A stretch of 64,000 bases of DNA, taken from the NCBI GenBank assembly GCA_001029795.1, contig CP011216.1:134903-198902 (forward strand), written 5' to 3'. Of this stretch, positions 58,524-64,000 are shown piece after piece. Numbering within the stretch: position 1 is the first letter of the stretch; each line of letters starts with the position of its first letter. The DNA is from a candidate division Kazan bacterium GW2011_GWA1_50_15 (GTDB lineage: Bacteria; Patescibacteriota; Kazan-3B-28). The notes below the pieces were generated by a model. The model saw only the letters and a program-made list of their open reading frames with translations, had not been told where the DNA came from and made no database searches. Made by a program: the position numbers and the translations under genes.

Positions 58524-58730
58524 TTCAAGGGTCTGAGCGACCCTTGGACCGCGGTTACTTTCCTCTTGGGGAAAGTAACCAAAGCCGTGGCCCTGTTCAC
58601 TCGGCCTATTCATTGGCTAAATCGATGGGTGCTCCCGCCGAACTCGTCCCGGCTAGCCGGGACTCAAACATGCGGCTCCGCCCCAAGCGATTTAGCTCAA
58701 TTCAAGACGGCCTCGTTCCAAAGGGCCGTA
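58524..58730 (+). repeat. Mosaic intergenic repeat family 1, copy B
   Basis: Hairpin 1 is agggtc/gaccct (58526-58546). Hairpin 2 (58553-58580) is identical to copy A. The body is about 80% identical to copy C. Confidence 0.7.
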
Positions 58731-58887
58731 TTGGGGGAAAGCTTGACTGGGAGCGAGTTTTGTGCTATGTTTGGGGTGTAAGGTGGAGCGGTCGTAATCT
58801 GGATTTCTAGTGCCGCTATATCAACCACCAGCACCTTAAAGACTTGCTTACTACAGTTGGCCTATAAGGTGAAACAAGGAGACTGGG

Positions 58888-59508
58888 ATGAAACTCCTGG
58901 CCGCCCTTAAGTTTGTCGTCGAGTTGCTCACGCAGCTCGTCACCCTGGGTGAAGAAGGCCTTGGTCGGATTATGGAACGGATGAACTATATCCGCGAAAT
59001 TACCGGCCGGGTACACCTGCCCACCATCCAGGAATTCACACAATTTCTGGACCAGGCCGTAGGCCACATCGTAGACTGCGATGCTGATCCAACCATCCCC
59101 TCGGATTACAACTGGACCATCGAACGCCACATCAAGAGCGGTAAGGTTCGGCTGGAACGCCGTGGAGACACTCTGTATGTTGACGGGAAGAAGGTTATCC
59201 TTCATCTCGTCAAGCAACAGACCAGGAACGGGGTCATCCTGGGCCACGAACTCTGCAAGGAGCTCGAGAAAGGCAAGTTGGTGTTGCTCAGCGCCAACCT
59301 ACTTGACTATTTACTTGAGCACCCCGAGCTTATCCCCGATACCTGGAAGGGTAAGGCCGTGTTCTTCTGGGGCACAGTCTATCGCGGCTCGGACGGCAGC
59401 CTCAACGTTCGTTACCTCGGCTGGGACGATGGTGGGTGGAGCTGGGACTACTACTGGCTCGACTACGGCTGGTACTCGAACCGCCCGGCTGCTGTTCTCG
59501 CAAGTTAG
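58888..59508 (+). CDS. DGR target protein: C-type-lectin/FGE-like fold with C-terminal variable repeat; no signal peptide
   Basis: 206 aa. The last ~42 aa (VYRGSDGSLNVRYLGWDDGGWSWDYYWLDYGWYSNRPAAV) are encoded by the VR, which matches the TR except at TR adenines. Confidence 0.85.
   Translation: MKLLAALKFVVELLTQLVTLGEEGLGRIMERMNYIREITGRVHLPTIQEFTQFLDQAVGHIVDCDADPTIPSDYNWTIERHIKSGKVRLERRGDTLYVDGKKVILHLVKQQTRNGVILGHELCKELEKGKLVLLSANLLDYLLEHPELIPDTWKGKAVFFWGTVYRGSDGSLNVRYLGWDDGGWSWDYYWLDYGWYSNRPAAVLAS
59377..59501 (+). repeat. DGR variable repeat (VR)
   Basis: Ungapped 125-bp alignment with 59832-59956 (offset 455): 107 identical, 18 mismatches, every one at an A in the TR (A->G 13, A->T 3, A->C 2). 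Confidence 0.9.
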
Positions 59509-59528
59509 TCTTTGGACCTTGGGCCCTT

Positions 59529-59586
59529 GGATCTTCGGATCCTTTGACCTTGGTCCTGCCCGCACGGCAACGTGCGGGTTTTTTTG
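59529..59586 (+). terminator. Two tetraloop hairpins downstream of the VR (ggatc-ttcg-gatcc; cccgcacg-gcaa-cgtgcggg plus T7)
   Basis: The second hairpin plus ttttttt is an intrinsic terminator for the target gene. A GC-rich hairpin 3' of the VR is also a known DGR homing enhancer. Confidence 0.55.
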
Positions 59587-59831
59587 TTACAATGTTGCTG
59601 GAACTAGGCGAATATGCCAGAGATCACGGTTTCTGGCTGCCGAACCCAGTATCCATATGTCCAGAGTATCTCCGACTACGGTTTGAGGTAGTGTGATGTA
59701 TGTAGAAACTTCAAAAAATGAAGATACTTGGTGCGAGATATTCAGGCATTATAGATGCCGAATAAAATACAGCCCCAAGAGTTCTGCTGTACAGCAGAAT
59801 CAAGGGGTGGTGACAATGGATGGTATCTCGC

Positions 59832-59956
59832 ATAAATCGCAACTCGGACGGCAACCTCAACGTTCGTTACCTCAACTGGAACGATGGTAGGTGGAACTGG
59901 AACTACAACTGGCTCGACAACGACTGGAACTCGAACAACCCGGCTGCTGTTCTCGC
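59832..59956 (+). repeat. DGR template repeat (TR)
   Basis: Invariant partner of the VR; read in frame it encodes 13 Asn (AAC) codons (SRINRNSDGNLNVRYLNWNDGRWNWNYNWLDNDWNSNNPAAV). Confidence 0.9.
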
Positions 59957-59964
59957 TACTGTCT

Positions 59965-60330
59965 TCATTTCTCTCCCGACTTATCGGGAGAGTTTTGTCT
60001 ATTAAGCTGTCCGTTCCATCCACCCAGCATCTTGCCGATTTCATCCAGTTGAACCGAGACAGCACTGTACTTTTTGTTATCTAGTGACTTGGTCTCCCAG
60101 AGAACCATTAACAGAATTTTGAGGGTGTCAGTTTTACGGATTGCTAATCTGACATATGGAGATTTTTCGGCTCGACTAAGAAAACTGGCTTGGGCGACGG
60201 CTTCGATAACCTCAACAAAAAGGTTGTCCGCCCTTCGTCCCAAGGAATAACGATGGAGTTTGGGCAGAACTTGGTAATAGTTATACCATAGGAGGTACGC
60301 CTGTTTTAGATGTTGAAGTAGCGGGAGCAA
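59965..60330 (-). CDS. avd: DGR accessory variability determinant (Avd-like four-helix-bundle protein), opposite strand to TR and RT
   Basis: 121 aa. The C-terminal DEIGKMLGGWNGQLNRQ matches, from memory, the conserved (E)(V/I)G(R/K)(I/M)LG(S/G)W...(L/V)NR(K/Q) C-terminus of Avd / 23S-IVS four-helix-bundle proteins. TTG start; located between the TR and the RT. Confidence 0.55.
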   Translation of the reverse strand: MLPLLQHLKQAYLLWYNYYQVLPKLHRYSLGRRADNLFVEVIEAVAQASFLSRAEKSPYVRLAIRKTDTLKILLMVLWETKSLDNKKYSAVSVQLDEIGKMLGGWNGQLNRQNSPDKSGEK

Positions 60331-60351
60331 CTCTCTCTCTCTCTCTCTCTC
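60331..60351. repeat. (CT)10 dinucleotide microsatellite in the avd/RT divergent intergenic region
   Basis: ctctctctctctctctctctc sits within the 44-bp gap between the avd start (60330, minus) and the RT start (60375, plus). Confidence 0.9.
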
Positions 60352-60374
60352 GATGCCGCGGGTCGGTTCATCAT

Positions 60375-61418
60375 ATGAAAATCGCCGAAGGGTATTACGA
60401 ACACATTATCTCACTCCATAACCTCCTTGAGGCCTGGCGGGAGTTCGTGGTTGGGAAGCGAGCTAGGGTAGATGTCCAGTTGTTTGAGCGGAACTTAATG
60501 GCTAATATTATCAAACTAAATAGGGATTTGGAAGTTGGGAAATATCGGCACTCGGATTATCACCCATTTAAGATTTCTGATCCGAAACCTAGGAACATTC
60601 ATAAGGCGAGTGTCCGAGACCGATTATTGCATAAAGCCATCTATAGAATCTTATATCCGACATGGGATAAAACCTTTATTGTCGACAGCTATTCTTGTCG
60701 AAATAACAAAGGTACTCACAAGGCATTTGCTAAACTTGAGACTGTCGCTCGGAAGATTAGCCAGAATTATACCAGACCATGTTTTGCACTGAAGTGCGAT
60801 ATTAAAAGATTTTTCGACAGCGTGGATCATGGGGTGTTGATGGGACTGCTAAGGGAACGCATCGCCGATGAACGACTTTTGAAGTTGCTTGAAGAAATTA
60901 TTTTTAGTTTTTCTGTCTGGATTCCGGGTCAAGCCCGGAATGACGAAGAGGGCAAGGGGATGCCGTTGGGGAATCTGACATCGCAACTGTTTGCCAATAT
61001 CTATCTCGACCCGCTGGATAAGTTCGCGAAGCACCAACTCAAAGCCAAATATTATCTACGGTATGCAGATGATTTTATCTTTTTGGCCGATAATCCGGAT
61101 GAATTGACGGGCTACTTAGTTGAAGTTGCCAGGTTTGCGAAATCGGAACTGGAGCTCCAACTCCATCCTAACAAGATTAGTTTGAGAAAACTGAAATGGG
61201 GGATTGATTATGTTGGGTATGTCGCCCTGCCGCAATATAGCTTGCCTAGAAAGAAGACGGTCACACGAATTATTAAAAATATTCGTCGACTTTTGGCGGC
61301 GGGAGACGATGTGGCGCTGGCTAATGCGCTGCCATCGTACTTAGGGTACCTGAAACATGCCAGGAGCCGTGGGATAGTTTGCGGGCTGGAGCGGCTGATG
61401 GCGCCAAAGGGGTGGTGA
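60375..61418 (+). CDS. DGR reverse transcriptase
   Basis: 347 aa with RT motifs 1-7, including GMPLGNLTSQLFANIYL (the DGR-specific I/LGxxxSQ motif) and LRYADDFIFL (YxDD). Confidence 0.9.
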   Translation: MKIAEGYYEHIISLHNLLEAWREFVVGKRARVDVQLFERNLMANIIKLNRDLEVGKYRHSDYHPFKISDPKPRNIHKASVRDRLLHKAIYRILYPTWDKTFIVDSYSCRNNKGTHKAFAKLETVARKISQNYTRPCFALKCDIKRFFDSVDHGVLMGLLRERIADERLLKLLEEIIFSFSVWIPGQARNDEEGKGMPLGNLTSQLFANIYLDPLDKFAKHQLKAKYYLRYADDFIFLADNPDELTGYLVEVARFAKSELELQLHPNKISLRKLKWGIDYVGYVALPQYSLPRKKTVTRIIKNIRRLLAAGDDVALANALPSYLGYLKHARSRGIVCGLERLMAPKGW

Positions 61419-61586
61419 GGTACACTAGGAGAAGAAGGCGCTACGCTAGATTCCTCGACTGCGTTCGGAATGACAAAAGAGGGGCGGGGATGACGAGGAT
61501 GGATCCTGACCTGCCTGCCGGCAGGCAGGAATAAATTCAGGATGACAGAAACAAGGGTCGTTCAGGGTGACGGAGAGGGAGAAGCA

Positions 61587-63563
61587 ATGAAGTTTAAGAT
61601 TAAATCCAAATTGAAACCTGCGGGAGATCAGCCCGAAGCAATTCGGGCGTTGGTCGATGGGCTCAAAAAGAAATATCGGGACCAGACCTTGCTGGGGGTG
61701 ACGGGGTCGGGGAAGACCTTTACGATGGCCAATGTCATCGAGAAGGTGCAGAAGCCGACGCTAGTTATCGCGCACAATAAAACGCTGGCGGCGCAGTTGG
61801 CCAGCGAGTTCCGCGAATATTTTCCCGACAACGCGGTGCATTATTTCGTGTCCTACTACGACTACTATCAGCCGGAGGCGTACATCCCGCGGACCGATAC
61901 TTACATTGCCAAAGATGCCTCCATCAACGATGAGATAGATAGATTGCGCAATGCAGCGACTGAGGCGCTTTTAACTCGCAAGGATGTGATTATTGTGGCG
62001 TCAGTGTCGTGCATCTACGGTTTGGGCAATCCGGAGGTCTATCAAAATGAGAGCATCGAGTTGAGGGCGGGCAAGACCTACAAACGGGAGCGAATCCTGC
62101 GGCAGCTGACCGATATTCAATACCAACGCAACGATATCAACTTTGTTCGCGGGAGTTTTCGGGTGCGGGGCGAAGTGATGGAGATTTTTCCGGCTTATGC
62201 GGAAGTGGCGTACCGATTTGAATGGTTTGGTGATAAGTTGGAGCGGATTCGACAGGTGGAGTATTTGACCGGCGAGATTTTGAGCGAACCAAAGGAGGTG
62301 ACCATCTTTCCGGCCAAACATTTTATTACCCCACAAGACCGCTTAAAGGGAGCGATTGAAAATATTCGGACTGAACTTAGAACTCGTTTGAAGGAACTGA
62401 CGGTAGCGAATAAATTGCTGGAGGCCCAGCGGCTGGAACAGCGAACGAATTATGATATTGAAATGTTGCAGACGGTCGGATATGTTTCCGGAGTTGAAAA
62501 CTATTCGCGGTATTTGGACGGACGGGAAGCCGGCTCTCCGCCATCAACTTTGCTCCATTATTTTCCGGACGATTTTTTGATGTTCATTGATGAATCGCAT
62601 ATGACTTTGCCGCAAATTCGCGGGATGTATAACGGCGACCGGGCCAGAAAAGAAGTGTTGATCGAGCACGGGTTCCGCCTGCCCAGCGCGTTTGATAACC
62701 GCCCACTGCAGTTTTTGGAATTCGAGAAATTGGTTAACCAAGTGATTTATACTTCCGCGACGCCCAGCCAAGAGGAACTTGGTAATAGCAAACAAATCGT
62801 GGAGCAGATCGTGCGGCCGACCGGTCTAGTGGACCCGGCGGTAGAGGTGCGGCCGATCGAGGGGCAGGTGGACGACTTGATGGAAGAGATTCGCAAGCGG
62901 GTGGCTGTCCATCAGCGGGTGTTGGTGACAACGCTAACCAAAAAGATGGCCGAGGATTTAACCAGCTTTTTGCAGGAGGCGGATATTAAAGTTCAATACA
63001 TTCATTCGGATGTGGAAACCTTAGAGCGGATAGATATTCTCCGCGACCTGCGGTTGGGCAAATATGATGTGCTGGTGGGAATTAACTTGCTTCGCGAGGG
63101 GCTGGACCTACCGGAGGTATCGTTGGTGGCGATTTTGGACGCGGACAAAGAGGGCTTTTTACGGTCAGATACTGCTTTAATCCAAACCTTTGGACGGGCA
63201 GCTCGGCATTTGAACGGCAGAGTCATCATGTACGCTGATAAAATTACCGGCTCAATGCAACGAGCGCTGGAGGAAACCGACCGACGGAGAGAAAAGCAAG
63301 TTGAATATAATAAGAAACATAAAATTACGCCGACAACGATTATTAAAGCGATTAAGAGTATTCACGCGTCAACCGGCGAGGAAGAATTGCCGCCGGAGCA
63401 GGATATCAATAAATTTGCCAAGGCGGCCAACGCCGAAGAGCTGAAGGCAATGATTCGCGAGCTAGAAGATGAGATGGACTTGGCGGCGAAGAATTTGGAG
63501 TTCGAAAAAGCGGCGGAGTTGAGAGATAGGGTAGAATTGCTAAGAGGGGAGCTAGGGAAGTAA
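61587..63563 (+). CDS. uvrB: Excinuclease ABC subunit B
   Basis: [15 protein letters not shown] Walker A, a beta-hairpin region, helicase motifs and a C-terminal UvrB/UvrC interaction coiled coil ([14 protein letters not shown]...FEKAAELRD). Start placed at MKFKIKS. Confidence 0.9.
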   Translation: MKFKIKSKLKPAGDQPEAIRALVDGLKKKYRDQTLLGVTGSGKTFTMANVIEKVQKPTLVIAHNKTLAAQLASEFREYFPDNAVHYFVSYYDYYQPEAYIPRTDTYIAKDASINDEIDRLRNAATEALLTRKDVIIVASVSCIYGLGNPEVYQNESIELRAGKTYKRERILRQLTDIQYQRNDINFVRGSFRVRGEVMEIFPAYAEVAYRFEWFGDKLERIRQVEYLTGEILSEPKEVTIFPAKHFITPQDRLKGAIENIRTELRTRLKELTVANKLLEAQRLEQRTNYDIEMLQTVGYVSGVENYSRYLDGREAGSPPSTLLHYFPDDFLMFIDESHMTLPQIRGMYNGDRARKEVLIEHGFRLPSAFDNRPLQFLEFEKLVNQVIYTSATPSQEELGNSKQIVEQIVRPTGLVDPAVEVRPIEGQVDDLMEEIRKRVAVHQRVLVTTLTKKMAEDLTSFLQEADIKVQYIHSDVETLERIDILRDLRLGKYDVLVGINLLREGLDLPEVSLVAILDADKEGFLRSDTALIQTFGRAARHLNGRVIMYADKITGSMQRALEETDRRREKQVEYNKKHKITPTTIIKAIKSIHASTGEEELPPEQDINKFAKAANAEELKAMIRELEDEMDLAAKNLEFEKAAELRDRVELLRGELGK

Positions 63564-63590
63564 TTGTTCTTTGACGGAGGTGATGCACTA

Positions 63591-63791
63591 GTGTCCGTAC
63601 AGAAGGAGTATAAGAACAAGGCGGTGGTTAAGGAGGTGCGGTACACGGATGAACCGTGTCCCAAATGTAGTAAGGGGCATCTGGTCTACTGGCGTAGGGA
63701 CTGCTGAGGGGCGGGGTGGTATCGCAGTTGCGATAACCCCAAATGCAATTACGAGAGTCGAGACCCCAACGAGTTACCACGTTACTTTTAA
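63591..63791 (+). pseudogene. Topoisomerase-type C4 zinc-ribbon mini-ORF interrupted by an in-frame TGA
   Basis: GTG...EPCPKCSKGHLVYWRRDC-TGA-GAGWYRSCDNPKCNYESRD...TAA. Both halves together match the zf-C4-Topoisom pattern CPxC...LV...G.F(Y/W)GC(S/D)N.P.C(K/N)Y; a perfect terminator follows at 63797-63825. Confidence 0.35.
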
Positions 63792-63796
63792 GTAAG

Positions 63797-63825
63797 GCCG
63801 ACACAGGAATGTGTCGGCTTTTTTA
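63797..63825 (+). terminator. Rho-independent terminator
   Basis: gccgacaca-ggaa-tgtgtcggc followed by tttttt. Confidence 0.75.
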
Positions 63826-63878
63826 TTGTTTTTGCCTGGATTCTCTGATCGAGTCAGAGAATGACGAAGGGGGGTTAC

Positions 63879-64000
63879 TTACTGGAACGGGAGGGTTTCA
63901 TGCCGGCCCATTCGCGCAGAATGATATAGACCATGGTGGTCACCGGCACGGCCAAGAGGATACCAAGAATACCCATCAACTTGGCGCCGATCAAAAGCAC
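63879..64000 (-). CDS. 3' end of a membrane transporter, possibly AI-2E/PerM family (partial, runs off window)
   Basis: Minus strand reads ...VLLIGAKLMGILGILLAVPVTTMVYIILREWAGMKPSRSSK*. Confidence 0.35.
   Translation of the reverse strand, partial: AFDRRQVDGYSWYPLGRAGDHHGLYHSARMGRHETLPFQ

Noticed and set aside
59081-59686. 201-aa plus-strand ORF overlapping the target gene in another frame, and the 143-aa minus-strand ORF at 58816-59247
   Set aside because: These are low-complexity, Ser/Thr/Arg-rich alternative-frame products of a GC-rich coding region. The in-frame target gene explains the region.
59820-60005. 61-aa plus-strand ORF (MVSRINRNSDGNLNVRYLNWNDGRWNWNYNW...) that looks like a paralog of the target C-terminus
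   Set aside because: This is the DGR template repeat read in frame. It has no RBS or start context and serves as the non-coding TR, not as a gene.
60375-61418. RT ORF as a group II intron maturase or retron RT
   Set aside because: There are no flanking intron domain V/VI structures and no msr/msd-like repeats. The adjacent TR/VR pair with A-only mismatches and the LGxxxSQ motif identify it as a DGR RT.
63705-63750. Selenocysteine insertion at the in-frame TGA (a DC-U-G context with a downstream hairpin)
   Set aside because: Kept as a possibility within the finding but not called. The residue expected at this motif position is Gly or a basic residue rather than Cys, no Sec machinery is visible in the window, and a pseudogene or foreign-code remnant is more parsimonious.
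1-64000. CRISPR arrays, rRNA genes, IS transposases, integrases
   Set aside because: No regularly spaced direct repeats with unique spacers, no rRNA-like conserved stretches, and no transposase or integrase-like ORFs were found. The only mobile-type element is the DGR.

Overview
This ~64 kb window is a dense, mostly plus-strand stretch of housekeeping genes from a small-genome bacterium that uses the standard code (TGA is a stop at rsmH and ctpA). It is about 50–55% GC. The extended, Lys/Ala-rich tails on S16, L32 and GyrA, the missing murE/murB/ddl/ftsAZ/rimM/rplS, and the compact intergenic regions suggest a CPR/Patescibacteria-like organism, but I cannot confirm the lineage from sequence alone.

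Main content:
- Cell division and cell wall: ftsE(3' end)-ftsX-M23 peptidase-ctpA, then a dcw cluster mraZ-rsmH-ftsL-ftsI-murF-mraY | insertion | murD-ftsW-murG-sortase-like-murC-ftsQ.
- Replication and repair: dnaX, dnaB, recR, gyrA, uvrB.
- Translation: rplI, glyQS, cysS, tRNA-Gln, rpsA, infB, rbfA, rpsP, KH protein, trmD, and yceD-rpmF-nusB-rnc on the minus strand.
- Accessory blocks: a putative SdpR/SdpI-like module; a GC-richer block with an orphan fabH-like gene; a Ca/Na antiporter plus sigma-70; and a cupredoxin-like / beta-propeller / pilin-like / alpha-beta-hydrolase island.

The most notable feature is a complete diversity-generating retroelement (DGR) between trmD and uvrB (58.9–61.4 kb). 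It comprises a 206-aa target gene with a C-terminal variable repeat, a ~125-bp template repeat differing from the VR at 18 positions that are all adenines in the TR, a candidate Avd gene on the opposite strand, and an RT carrying the DGR-type SQ and YADD motifs. A (CT)10 microsatellite sits in the 44-bp avd/RT divergent intergenic region.

Other observations:
- A mosaic family of structured intergenic repeats with five copies; three of them carry a first hairpin whose sequence differs but whose pairing is preserved.
- A second repeat family with two copies.
- A recurrent AT-rich 'CATAATTC-N6-CATAATTC' motif upstream of genes.
- A wHTH/Cas2-like gene, inserted where rimM would normally be, flanked by two copies of a 32-bp palindrome.
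- A topoisomerase-type zinc-ribbon mini-ORF interrupted by an in-frame TGA.
- A sortase-like protein with Ser in place of the catalytic Cys.
- Apparently leaderless promoters.

No CRISPR array or rRNA gene was seen.
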